From NCBI GenBank assembly GCA_964016885.1, contig OZ024742.1:129952001-130016000 (forward strand): a DNA stretch of 64,000 nucleotides. The letters run 5' to 3'. A program made the translations under genes and the position numbers. This DNA is from Eledone cirrhosa (lineage: Eukaryota). Positions 1-13,525 of this stretch are shown here, in pieces; positions within the stretch are counted from its first letter, which is position 1, and each line of letters opens with the position of its first letter. Under the pieces are notes generated by a model, which searched no databases, was not told where the DNA came from, and saw only the letters and a program-made list of their open reading frames with translations.

Positions 1-3000
1 TGGTGGTAGGTGTTGTCACCCTGATGATGGTGATGACAACAGTGGTGATGGTGGTAGCTGTTGTCACCCTGATGATGGTGATGACAACAGTGGTGATGGT
101 GGTAGCTGTTGTCACCCTGATGATGGTGATGACAACAGTGGTGATGGTGGTAGCTGTTGTCACCCTGATGATGGTGATGACAACAGTGGTGATGGTGGTA
201 GCTGTTGTCACCCTGATGATGGTGATGACAAAAGTGGTGATGGTGGTAGCTGTTGTCACCCTGATGATGGTGATGACAACAGTGGTGATGGTGGTAGCTG
301 TTGTCACCCTGATGATGGTGATGACAACAGTGGTGATGGTGGTAGGTGTTGTCACCCTGATGATGGTGATGACAACAGTGGTGATGGTGGTAGCTGTTGT
401 CACCCTGATGATGGTGATGACAACAGTGGTGATGGTGGTAGCTGTTGTCACCCTGATGATGGTGATGACAAAAGTGGTGATGGTGGTAGCTGTTGTCACC
501 CTGATGATGGTGATGACAACAGTGGTGATGGTGGTAGCTGTTGTCACCCTGATGATGGTGATGACAACAGTGGTGATGGTGGTAGGTGTTGTCACCCTGA
601 TGATGGTGATGACAACAGTGGTGATGGTGGTAGCTGTTGTCACCCTGATGATGGTGATGACAACAGTGGTGATGGTGGTAGCTGTTGTCACCCTGATGAT
701 GGTGATGACAAAAGTGGTGATGGTGGTAGCTGTTGTCACCCTGATGATGGTGATGACAACAGTGGTGATGGTGGTAGCTGTTGTCACCCTGATGATGGTG
801 ATGACAACAGTGGTGATGGTGGTAGCTGTTATCACCCTGATGATGGTGATGACAACAGTGGTGATGGTGGTAGCTGTTGTCACCCTGATGATGGTGATGA
901 CAACAGTGGTGATGGTGGTAGGTGTTGTCACCCTGATGATGGTGATGACAACAGTGGTGATGGTGGTAGCTGTTGTCACCCTGATGATGGTGATGACAAC
1001 AGTGGTGATGGTGGTAGCTGCTGTCATGATGATGATGGTGATGACAACAGTGGTGATGGTGGTAGCTGCTGTCATGATGATGATGGTGATGACAACAGTG
1101 GTGATGGTGGTAGCTGTTGTCATCCTGATGATGGTGATGACAACAGTGGTGATGGTGGTAGCTGTTGTCACCCTGATGATGGTGATGACAACAGTGGTGA
1201 TGGTGGTAGCTGCTGTCATGATGATGATGGTGATGACAACGGTGGTGATGGTGGTAGGTGTTGTCACCCTGATGATGGTGATGACAACAGCGGTGATGGT
1301 GGTAGCTGTTATCACCCTGATGATGGTGATGACAACAGTGGTGATGGTGGTAGCTGTTGTCACCCTGATGATGGTGATGACAACAGTGGTGATGGTGGTA
1401 GCTGTTGTCACCCTGATGATGGTGATGACAACAGTGGTGATGGTGGTAGCTGCTGTCATGATGATGGTGATGACAACAGTGGTGATGGTGGTAGCTGTTG
1501 TCACCCTGATGATGGTGATGACAACAGTGGTGATGGTGGTAGGTGTTGTCACGCTGATGATGGTGATGACAACAGTGGTGATGGTGGTAGCTGTTGTCAC
1601 CCTGATGATGGTGATGACAACAGTGGTGAGGGTGGTAGCTGCTGTCACCCTGATGATGGTGATGACAACAGTGGTGATGGTGGTAGCTGTTGTCACCCTG
1701 ATGATGGTGATGACAACAGTGGTGATGGTGGTAGCTGTTGTCATGATGATGATGATGATGGTGATGACAACAGTGGTGATGGTGGTAGCTGTTGTCACCC
1801 TGATGATGGTGATGACAACAGTGGTGATGGTGGTAGCTGTTGTCACCCTGATGATGGTGATGACAACAGTGGTGATGGTGGTAGCTGTTGTCACCCTGAT
1901 GCTGGTGATGACAACAGTGGTGATGGTGGTAGCTGCTGTCACCCTGATGATGGTGATGACAACAGTGGTGATGGTGGTAGCTGTTGTCATGATGATGGTG
2001 ATGACAACAGTGGTGATGGTGGTAGCTGTTGTCACCCTGATGATGGTGATGACAACAGTGGAGATGGTGGTAGCTGTTGTCACCCTGATGATGGTGATGA
2101 CAACAGTGGTGATGGTGTTAGCTGTTGTCACCCTGATGATGGTGATGACAACAGTGGTGATGGTGGTAGCTGCTGTCACCCTGATGATGGTGATGACAAC
2201 AGTGGTGATGGTGGTAGCTGCTGTCATGATGATGATGGTGATGACAACAGTGGTGATGGTGGTAGCTGTTGTCACCCTGATGATGGTGATGACAACAGTG
2301 GTGATGGTGGTAGCTGTTGTCACCCTGATGATGGTGATGACAACAGTGGTGATGGTGGTAGCTGTTGTCATGATGATGGTGATGACAACAGTGGTGATGG
2401 TGGTAGCTGTTGTCACCCTGATGATGGTGATGACAACAGTGGAGATGGTGGTAGCTGTTGTCACCCTGATGATGGTGATGACAACAGTGGTGATGGTGGT
2501 AGCTGTTGTCACCCTGATGATGGTGATGACAACAGTGGTGATGGTGGTAGCTGTTGTCATGATGATGATGGTGATGACAACAGTGGTGATGGTGGTAGCT
2601 GTTGTCACCCTGATGATGGTGATGACAACAGTGGTGATGGTGGTAGCTGTTGTCACCCTGATGATGGTGATGACAACAGTGGTGATGGTGGTAGCTGTTG
2701 TCATGATGATGGTGATGACAACAGTGGTGATGGTGGTAGGTGTTGTCACCCTGATGATGGTGATGACAACAGTGGTGATGGTGGTAGCTGTTGTCACCCT
2801 GATGATGGTGATGACAACAGTGGTGATGGTGGTAGCTGTTGTCATGATGATGGTGATGACAACAGTGGTGATGGTGGTAGGTGTTGTCACCCTGATGATG
2901 GTGATGACAACAGTGGTGATGGTGGTAGCTGCTGTCACCCTGATGATGGTGATGACAACAGTGGTGATGGTGGTAGCTGTTGTCACCCTGATGATGGTGA

Positions 3001-6000
3001 TGACAACAGTGGTGATGGTGGTAGCTGTTGTCACACTGATGATGGTGATGACAACAGTGGTGATGGTGGTAGCTGCTGTCACCCTCATGATGGTGATGAC
3101 AACAGTGGTGATGGTGGTAGCTGCTGTCATGATGATGATGGTGATGACAACAGCGGTGATGGTGGTAGCTGTTGTCACCCTGATGATGGTGATGACAACA
3201 GTGGAGATGGTGGTAGCTGTTGTCACCCTGATGATGGTGATGACAACAGTGGTGATGGTGGTAGCTGCTGTCACCCTGATGATGGTGATGACAACAGTGG
3301 TGATGGTGGTAGCTGCTGTCATGATGATGGTGATGACAACAGTGGTGATGGTGGTAGGTGTTGTCACCCTGATGATGGTGATGACAACAGTGGTGATGGT
3401 GGTAGCTGCTGTCACCCTGATGATGGTGATGACAACAGTGGTGAGTGTGGTAGGTGCTGTCACCCTGATGGTGGTGATGACAACAGTGGTGATGGTGGTA
3501 GCTGTTGTCACCCTGATGATGGTGATGACAACAGTGGTGATGGTGGTAGCTGTTGTCACCCTGATGATGGTGATGACAACAGTGGTGATGGTGGTAGCTG
3601 TTGTCATGATGATGGTGATGACAACAGTGGTGATGGTGGTAGCTGTTGTCACCCTGATGATGGTGATGACAACAGTGGTGATGGTGGTAGCTGTTGTCAC
3701 CCTGATGATGGTGATGACAACAGTGGTGATGGTGGTAGCTGTTGTCACCATGATGATGGTGATGACAACAGTGGTGATGGTGGTAGCTGTTGTCACCCTG
3801 ATGATGGTGATGACAACAGTGGTGATGGTGGTAGCTGCTGTCACCCTGATGATGGTGATGACAACAGTGGTGATGGTGGTAGCTGTTGTCACCCTGATGA
3901 TGGTGATGACAACAGTGGTGATGGTGGTAGCTGTTGTCACCCTGATGATGGTGATGACAACAGTGGTGATGGTGGTAGCTGTTATCACCCTGATGATGGT
4001 GATGACAACAGTGGTGATGGTGGTAGCTGCTGTCACCCTGATGATGGTGATGACAACAGTGGTGATGGTGGTAGGTGTTGTCACGCTGATGATGGTGATG
4101 ACAACAGTGGTGATGGTGGTAGCTGTTGTCACCCTGATGATGGTGATGACAACAGTGGTGAGGGTGGTAGCTGCTGTCACCCTGATGATGGTGATGACAA
4201 CAGTGGTGATGGTGGTAGCTGTTGTCACCCTGATGATGGTGATGACAACAGTGGTGATGGTGGTAGGTGTTGTCACGCTGATGATGGTGATGACAACAGT
4301 GGTGATGGTGGTAGCTGTTGTCACCCTGATGATGGTGATGACAACAGTGGTGAGGGTGGTAGCTGCTGTCACCCTGATGATGGTGATGACAACAGTGGTG
4401 ATGGTGGTAGCTGTTGTCACCCTGATGATGGTGATGACAACAGTGGTGATGGTGGTAGCTGTTGTCATGATGATGATGATGATGACAACAGTGGTGATGG
4501 TGGTAACTGTTGTCACCCTGGTGATGGTGATGACAACAGTGGTGATGGTGGTAGCTGTTGTCATGATGATGGTGATGACAACAGTGGTGATGGTGGTAGC
4601 TGTTGTCACCCTGATGATGGTGATGACAACAGTGGAGATGGTGGTAGCTGTTGTCACCCTGATGATGGTGATGACAACAGTGGTGATGGTGGTAGCTGCT
4701 GTCACCCTGATGATGGTGATGACAACAGTGGTGATGGTGGTAGCTGCTGTCATGATGATGGTGATGACAACAGTGGTGATGGTGGTAGGTGTTGTCACCC
4801 TGATGATGGTGATGACAACAGTGGTGATGGTGGTAGCTGCTGTCACCCTGATGATGGTGATGACAACAGTGGTGAGTGTGGTAGCTGCTGTCACCCTGAT
4901 GGTGGTGATGACAACAGTGGTGATGGTGGTAGCTGTTGTCACCCTGATGATGGTGATGACAACAGTGGTGATGGTGGTAGCTGTTGTCACCCTGATGATG
5001 GTGATGACAACAGTGGTGATGGTGGTAGCTGTTGTCATGATGATGGTGATGACAACAGTGGTGATGGTGGTAGCTGTTGTCACCCTGATGATGGTGATGA
5101 CAACAGTGGTGATGGTGGTAGCTGTTGTCACCCTGATGATGGTGATGACAACAGTGGTGATGGTGGTAGCTGTTGTCACCATGATGATGGTGATGACAAC
5201 AGTGGTGATGGTGGTAGCTGTTGTCACCCTGATGATGGTGATGACAACAGTGGTGATGGTGGTAGCTGCTGTCACCCTGATGATGGTGATGACAACAGTG
5301 GTGATGGTGGTAGCTGTTGTCACCCTGATGATGGTGATGACAACAGTGGTGATGGTGGTAGCTGTTGTCACCCTGATGATGGTGATGACAACAGTGGTGA
5401 TGGTGGTAGCTGTTATCACCCTGATGATGGTGATGACAACAGTGGTGATGGTGGTAGCTGCTGTCACCCTGATGATGGTGATGACAACAGTGGTGATGGT
5501 GGTAGGTGTTGTCACGCTGATGATGGTGATGACAACAGTGGTGATGGTGGTAGCTGTTGTCACCCTGATGATGGTGATGACAACAGTGGTGATGGTGGTA
5601 GCTGTTGTCACCCTGATGATGGTGATGACAACAGTGGTGATGGTGGTAGGTGTTGTCACGCTGATGATGGTGATGACAACAGTGGTGATGGTGGTAGCTG
5701 TTGTCACCCTGATGATGGTGATGACAACAGTGGTGAGGGTGGTAGCTGCTGTCACCCTGATGATGGTGATGACAACAGTGGTGATGGTGGTAGCTGTTGT
5801 CACCCTGATGATGGTGATGACAACAGTGGTGATGGTGGTAGCTGTTGTCATGATGATGATGATGATGACAACAGTGGTGATGGTGGTAGCTGTTGTCATG
5901 ATGATGGTGATGACAACAGTGGTGATGGTGGTAGGTGTTGTCACCCTGATGATGGTGATGACAACAGTGGTGATGGTGGTAGCTGTTGTCATGATGATGA

Positions 6001-9000
6001 TGATGATGACAACAGTGGTGATGGTGGTAACTGTTGTCACCCTGGTGATGGTGATGACAACAGTGGTGATGGTGGTAGCTGTTGTCATGATGATGGTGAT
6101 GACAACAGTGGTGATGGTGGTAGCTGTTGTCACCCTGATGATGGTGATGACAACAGTGGTGATGGTGGTAGCTGCTGTCACCCTGATGATGGTGATGACA
6201 ACAGTGGTGATGGTGGTAGCTGTTGTCATGATGATGGTGATGACAACAGTGGAGATGGTGGTAGCTGTTGTCACCCTGATGATGGTGATGACAACAGTGG
6301 TGAGGGTGGTAGCTGCTGTCACCCTGATGATGGTGATGACAACAGTGGTGATGGTGGTAGCTGTTGTCACCCTGATGATGGTGATGACAACAGTGGTGAT
6401 GGTGGTAGCTGTTGTCATGATGATGATGGTGATGACAACAGTGGTGATGGTGGTAACTGTTGTCACCCTGGTGATGGTGATGACAACAGTGGTGATGGTG
6501 GTAGCTGTTGTCATGATGATGGTGATGACAACAGTGGTGATGGTGGTAGCTGTTGTCACCCTGATGATGGTGATGACAACAGTGGTGATGGTGGTAGCTG
6601 TTGTCACCCTGATGATGGTGATGACAACAGTGCTGATGGTGGTAGCTGCTGTCACCCTGATGATGGTGATGACAACAGTGGTGATGGTGGTAGGTGTTGT
6701 CACCCTGATGATGGTGATGACAACAGTGGTGATGGTGGTAGCTGTTGTCACCCTGATGATGGTGATGACAACAGTGGTGATGGTGGTAGCTGTTGTCACC
6801 CTGATGATGGTGATGACAACAGTGGTGATGGTGGTAGCTGTTGTCACCCTGATGATGGTGATGACAACAGTGGAGATGGTGGTAGCTGTTGTCACCCTGA
6901 TGATGGTGATGACAACAGTGGTGATGGTGGTAGCTGTTGTCACCCTGGTGATGGTGATGACAACAGTGGTGATGGTGGTAGCTGTTGTCATGATGATGGT
7001 GATGACAACAGTGGTGATGGTGGTAGCTGTTGTCACCCTGATGATGGTGATGACAACAGTGGAGATGGTGGTAGCTGTTGTCACCCTGATGATGGTGATG
7101 ACAACAGTGGTGATGGTGGTAGCTGTTGTCACCCTGATGATGGTGATGACAACAGTGGTGATGGTGGTAGCTGTTGTCATGATGATGATGGTGATGACAA
7201 CAGTGGTGATGGTGGTAGCTGTTGTCACCCTGATGATGGTGATGACAACAGTGGTGATGGTGGTAGCTGTTGTCACCCTGATGATGGTGATGACAACAGT
7301 GGTGATGGTGGTAGCCGCTGTCACCCTGATGATGGTGATGACAACAGTGGTGATGGTGGTAGCTGTTGTCATGATGATGATGGTGATGACAACAGTGGTG
7401 ATGGTGGTAGCTGCTGTCATGATGATGGTGATGACAACAGTGGTGATGGTGGTAGCTGCTGTCATGATGATGGTGATGACAACAGTGGTGATGGTGGTAG
7501 GTGTTGTCACCCTGATGATGGTGATGACAACAGTGGTGATGGTGGTAGCTGCTGTCACCCTGATGATGGTGATGACAACAGTGGTGATGGTGGTAGCTGT
7601 TGTCACCCTGATGATGGTGATGACAACAGTGGTGATGGTGGTAGCTGTTGTCACCCTGATGATGGTGATGACAACAGTGGTGATGGTGGTAGCTGCTGTC
7701 ACCCTCATGATGGTGATGACAACAGTGGTGATGGTGGTAGCTGCTGTCATGATGATGATGGTGATGACAACAGCGGTGATGGTGGTAGCTGTTGTCACCC
7801 TGATGATGGTGATGACCACAGTGGAGATGGTGGTAGCTGTTGTCACCCTGATGATGGTGATGGCAACAGTGGTGATGGTGTTAGCTGTTGTCACCCTGAT
7901 GATGGTGATGACAACAGTGGTGATGGTGGTAGCTGCTGTCACCCTGATGATGGTGATGACCACAGTGGAGATGGTGGTAGCTGTTGTCACCCTGATGATG
8001 GTGATGACAACAGTGGTGATGGTGGTAGCTGTTGTCACCCTGATGATGGTGATGACAACAGTGGTGATGGTGGTAGCTGTTGTCACCCTGATGATGGTGA
8101 TGACAACAGTGGTGAGTGTGGTAGCTGCTGTCACCCTGATGGTGGTGATGACAACAGTGGTGATGGTGGTAGCTGTTGTCACCCTGATGATGGTGATGAC
8201 AACAGTGGTGATGGTGGTAGCTGTTGTCACCCTGATGATGGTGATGACAACAGTGGTGATGGTGGTAGCTGTTGTCATGATGATGGTGATGGCAACAGTG
8301 GTGATGGTGGTAGCTGTTGTCACCCTGATGATGGTGATGACAACAGTGGTGATGGTGGTAGCTGTTGTCACCCTGATGATGGTGATGACAACAGTGGTGA
8401 TGGTGGTAGCTGTTGTCACCCTGATGATGGTGATGACAACAGTGGTGATGGTGGTAGCTGCTGTCACCCTGATGATGGTGATGACAACAGTGGTGATGGT
8501 GGTAGCTGTTGTCACCCTGATGATGGTGATGACAACAGTGGTGATGGTGGTAGGTGTTGTCACGCTGATGATGGTGATGACAACTGTGGTGATGGTGGTA
8601 GCTGTTGTCACCCTGATGATGGTGATGACAACAGTGGTGAGGGTGGTAGCTGCTGTCACCCTGATGATGGTGATGACAACAGTGGTGATGGTGGTAGCTG
8701 TTGTCACCCTGATGATGGTGATGACAACAGTGGTGATGGTGGTAGCTGTTGTCATGATGATGATGATGATGACAACAGTGGTGATGGTGGTAGCTGTTGT
8801 CACCCTGATGATGGTGATGACAACAGTGGTGATGGTGGTAGCTGTTGTCACCCTGATGATGGTGATGACAACAGTGGTGATGGTGGTAGCTGCTGTCACC
8901 CTGATGATGGTGATGACAACAGTGGTGATGGTGGTAGCTGCTGTCATGATGATGGTGATGACAACAGTGGTGATGGTGGTAGGTGTTGTCACCCTGATGA

Positions 9001-10680
9001 TGGTGATGACAACAGTGGTGATGGTGGTAGCTGCTGTCACCCTGATGATGGTGATGACAACAGTGGTGATGGTGGTAGCTGTTGTCACCCTGATGATGGT
9101 GATGACAACAGTGGAGATGGTGGTAGCTGTTGTCACCCTGATGATGGTGATGACAACAGTGGTGATGGTGGTAGCTGTTGTCACCCTGATGATGGTGATG
9201 ACAACAGTGGTGATGGTGGTAGCTGTTGTCATGATGATGGTGATGACAACAGTGGTGATGGTGGTAGCTGTTGTCACCCTGATGATGGTGATGACAACAG
9301 TGGTGATGGTGGTAGCTGTTGTCATGATGATGGTGATGACAACAGTGGTGATGGTGGTAGCTGTTGTCACCCTGATGATGGTGATGACAACAGTGGTGAT
9401 GGTGGTAGCTGCTGTCACCCTGATGATGGTGATGACAACAGTGGTGATGGTGGTAGCTGTTGTCACCCTGATGATGGTGATGACAACAGTGGTGATGGTG
9501 GTAGCTGCTGTCACCCTGATGATGGTGATGACAACAGTGGTGATGGTGGTAGCTGCTGTCATGATGATGGTGATGACAACAGTGGTGATGGTGGTAGGTG
9601 TTGTCACCCTGATGATGGTGATGACAACAGTGGTGATGGTGGTAGCTGCTGTCACCCTGATGATGGTGATGACAACAGTGGTGATGGTGGTAGCTGTTGT
9701 CACCCTGATGATGGTGATGACAACAGTGGTGATGGTGGTAGCTGTTGTCACCCTGATGATGGTGATGACAACAGTGGTGATGGTGGTAGCTGCTGTCACC
9801 CTCATGATGGTGATGACAACAGTGGTGATGGTGGTAGCTGCTGTCATGATGATGATGGTGATGACAACAGCGGTGATGGTGGTAGCTGTTGTCACCCTGA
9901 TGATGGTGATGACCACAGTGGAGATGGTGGTAGCTGTTGTCACCCTGATGATGGTGATGGCAACAGTGGTGATGGTGTTAGCTGTTGTCACCCTGATGAT
10001 GGTGATGACAACAGTGGTGATGGTGGTAGCTGCTGTCACCCTGATGATGGTGATGACAACAGTGGTGATGGTGGTAGCTGCTGTCACCCTGATGATGGTG
10101 ATGACAACAGTGGTGATGGTGGTAGCTGTTGTCACCCTGATGGTGGTGATGACAACAGTGGTGATGGTGGTAGCTGCTGTCACCCTGATGATGGTGATGA
10201 CAACAGTGGTGATGGTGGTAGCTGCTGTCACCCTGATGATGGTGATGACAACAGTGGTGATGGTGGTAGCTGCTGTCACCCTGATGATGGTGATGGCAAC
10301 AGTGGTGATGGTGGTAGCTGCTGTCACCCTGATGATGGTGATGACAACAGTGGTGATGGTGGTAGCTGCTGTCACCCTGATGATGGTGATGACAACAGCA
10401 GTGATGGTGGTAGCTGCTGTCACCCTGATGATGGTGATGACAACAGTGGTGATGGTGGTAGCTGTTGTCACCCTGATGATGGTGATGACAACAGTGGTGA
10501 TGGTGGTAGCTGCTGTCACCCTGATGATGGTGATGACAACAGCGGTGATGGTGGTAGCTGTTGTCACCCTGATGATGGTGATGACAACAGTGCTGATGGT
10601 GGTAGCTGCTGTCACCCTGATGATGGTGATGACAACAGTGGTGATGGTGGTAGCTGCTGTCACCCTGATGATGTTGACAA
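1..10680. repeat. 48-bp minisatellite array (~220 units, runs off the window start); consensus GATGATGGTGATGACAACAGTGGTGATGGTGGTAGCTGTTGTCACCCT
   Basis: Period read directly (TGTTGTCACC at 11 and 59). Length variants are all GAT slippage in multiples of 3. Degenerates into (GAT/GGT)n sequence at ~10680-10897. Confidence 0.97.
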
Positions 10681-10865
10681 TGATAGTGGTGATGATGATG
10701 ATGGTGATGGTGATGATGGTGATGATTTCAACCATAGTGGTAGTGGTCATTGTGTCATCGCAATAATGTTGACAACAATAGTGGTGATGATGATGATGAC
10801 AACAGTAGTCGTTGTCACCGTCGTCATTATGATAATGATGACAATTACAGAAATGACAGCTGTGG

Positions 10866-10896
<31 letters not shown>

Positions 10897-12194
10897 ACAA
10901 GCCAGGTCTAAATCAATAAAAGAATTACGAATATTAACTGCAGGCCACAATAGCAACATCCTAAACTACTTTGCATAAGTGTTCTTTTCTTAATTTCTAT
11001 TTTTTATTTTTGCTCTTGGCTTTGTTTTATATCGTTGTTTTTTTGTTTTGTTTATGTTTTTTTCATTTATTTAATTTTTTTTTTTAAACAGTTAAAAGGT
11101 TGTTTAGTGGAAAGGTCAGTAACACCATCTATTTGTTCATAGAATTTAAGAGCAGCCTGTGGGTGAACAACAATAGCAGTGCTAACATTTGGAGCATGCT
11201 TTCTGAGAGCATAAGAATGTTGTAAAATAAATTAAATAGATAACAATAAAAAACAGCAGTATTTTTTGTTTAGTTGAGAATGCAATTCTCCATATAGGTT
11301 ATACATCTACATTGTGAATTAAAAATTTAGATCTATTCATTCACAGAATTCTTTTCCAGTTCATACTCATAAATTAGTCGGCATTGAACAAAACTCACGT
11401 TTTTCTATATAGTTCAAAGAAACTAAAGAATTTGGAAAAATACATGTTTGAAGCAGAACATAAGGTTGCTATTAGATACTGGATACTGCTGTAACTGAAT
11501 TGGTAAGTAAAATGGTTAGCAACTCTATATAGAATTTCTACACGAAAATAATTTTCCCAAAAATTAGAAAAAAAATGAAAATTTGAATGAAAGAAATACA
11601 ATTTCAGATTTTCTTTATGACATAACTCAAGAGATTTTTCTCTCATATATTTTCAACAATTAAAAAATTTCCTTTTCTTTATTTTCAGTTAATTGAAATA
11701 CAAATTATTTAATTAATTAAATTATGCTATAGAAATGATTCAATTAAATTTCAGTTTTTGCCGATAAAAATAGAAAATGAAACTGAACCACAGAAAATAT
11801 TTTAGCAAAAAGAAAGAATAAGCAGGTGTTTTTACAAATTCTCTGTAAATTATTCATAATTAAGTTAGTGAAAAATGGAAGTCTTACTAATATATAAAAC
11901 TTTGGCATTGTTTGAGACCCAAACATTCATGAACATCTAATGCCAGGAAATAGCTCCAAGAATCAAATAATTTGGCTACTAATCAAATCTATCTTCATTG
12001 AGAGAAAAAAAATTACAAGTTATAGTTACAAACATAGTTGTGTGTTTAAGAAATTCACTTCATAACCATATTGTTTCAGGGTCAATCCCTTCACATAACA
12101 CCTCCGAGAAGTGCCTTCTGTTATGGCCACAGGTTGACCAATACAGTATTCGTTGAATTGATAGATGTAAACTGTAGAAACCAACTATGTTATA

Positions 12195-12369
12195 CAGTGA
12201 AATTCCATTATGACGAAATTCACGGGGTATAAAAAAATTTGTTGTAACGAAAAATTCTTTATAATGAGATCGACCAAAACACATCGAGCTTGTGGCGGGG
12301 GATTAAAAAAAATGTTGTTATACTGAAACATTCATTATAATGGTATTTGTTATAACAGAATTTTTCCTG
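12195..12369. mobile_element. Tc1/mariner (pogo/Tigger-like) MITE
   Basis: TA|CAGTGAAATTCCATTATGACGAA ... TTTGTTATAACAGAATTTTTCCTG|TA: imperfect ~24-bp TIRs beginning CAG, TA target duplication. Confidence 0.7.
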
Positions 12370-12744
12370 TATATATAAATATTACTCTTTTACCAGTTCC
12401 AGCCATCCAGCTGAGGCCATGTTGGGGCACCACCCTTAACATATATATATATAAAGAATGATGTGCTCATATGCGGAGACATTATAAAATAGCTTATGAA
12501 ATAAGGTGAAGACCCTTAAAAACAGAAAAGCTTGGCATTGGCCTGGTTACTTCTTTTTCTCTTGTGATCATTTTTATTAACTTTATTCTTTATTTTCTCA
12601 GTGCTTCATAGAAGTCCATATAAAAGGAAAGTATTTCAGTCAAATGTCTTGCCTCAATATATATATTTATATCTTACCACATCATATTTTCAATCTGATT
12701 GAATTTTGTCATTGTATCAATATAAACTGTTCACTCCATCAATT

Positions 12745-13036
12745 ACAATGGATGTCCCAGTTGATACAATCGATGGAACAACCTGCTTGTGAAATTAACT
12801 TGCAAGTGGCTGAGCATTCTGCAAACATGTGTACACTTAATGTAGTTCTTAGGGATATTCAGCATGACACAGAATGTGACAAAGCTGGTTCTTCAAATTA
12901 CAAGTACAACTCATTATTGCCAGCTGAGTGAACTGGAGCAATGTGAAATAAAGTGTCTTTCTCGGGGACACAACATGCTGCAGGGAATTGAACTCACAAC
13001 CTTACAATCCTGCACCAATTACCTTAACCACTAATG
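12745..13036 (-). mobile_element. tRNA-derived SINE family B
   Basis: Reverse complement has TAGTGGTTAAGG...GAGTTCAATTCC head, GACACTTTATTTCAC body and GAATATCCCTAAGAACTAC tail; homologous to 24505-24715 and 33188-33510. Confidence 0.8.
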
Positions 13037-13089
13037 CCTTCAAATTATATCAATTTGAGCAGCAAACATATTGAGTTGAACAGCATCAC

Positions 13090-13525
13090 CCTTGGGAATA
13101 CGAAACAATAGTAAAAATTAACCAGGAAAAGTCAGTGGGCTGACGACTCAGCACCTGATGAGGCAAGTCGATACCATTCAACAGCGTTGCTGGGTGCTGG
13201 ATGGACAGACCAGTTAAATTGCTTGTGTTCTGGTTTGGTCCAGATATTGAAGTGGACAAAAGCTGGGACGAGGTAATGGCAAGGATGGCCACACTCACCC
13301 AGAATTGGGCCAAGAGGAAGTTATCCCTGAAAGGTTGGGCAGAGATGGCAAACATGTACATTCATAACCAACTGACTGTCATGCCTTGTTCTAGTCCACG
13401 TTTGACTGCACTGGGGTATTTGTTCTTTCATTTTTGCAGAAAGGATGCATACCAATGGTCAGATGGTTCATTTGCTGGCAACACCTGCTGAGCGAAGGAC
13501 TGGGCATGCTGTAGTTGATGTTCAA
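13090..13525 (+). mobile_element. Tx1/L1-clade LINE ORF2 fragment (post-RT region), decayed
   Basis: ORF 13201-13491 (PVKLLVFWFGPD...WAKRKLSLKG..MAN) is homologous to the 43450-43870 region of the large Tx1 copy in this window. Confidence 0.8.

Noticed and set aside
1-10680. CRISPR-like array (palindromic repeats)
   Set aside because: No unique spacers and no cas genes; the context is eukaryotic.
3-10766. 3587-aa Val/Met/Thr ORF as a real protein
   Set aside because: It is a translation of a 48-bp trinucleotide-derived repeat, almost wholly hydrophobic with no domain. Other frames are equally open, so openness is not evidence of coding.
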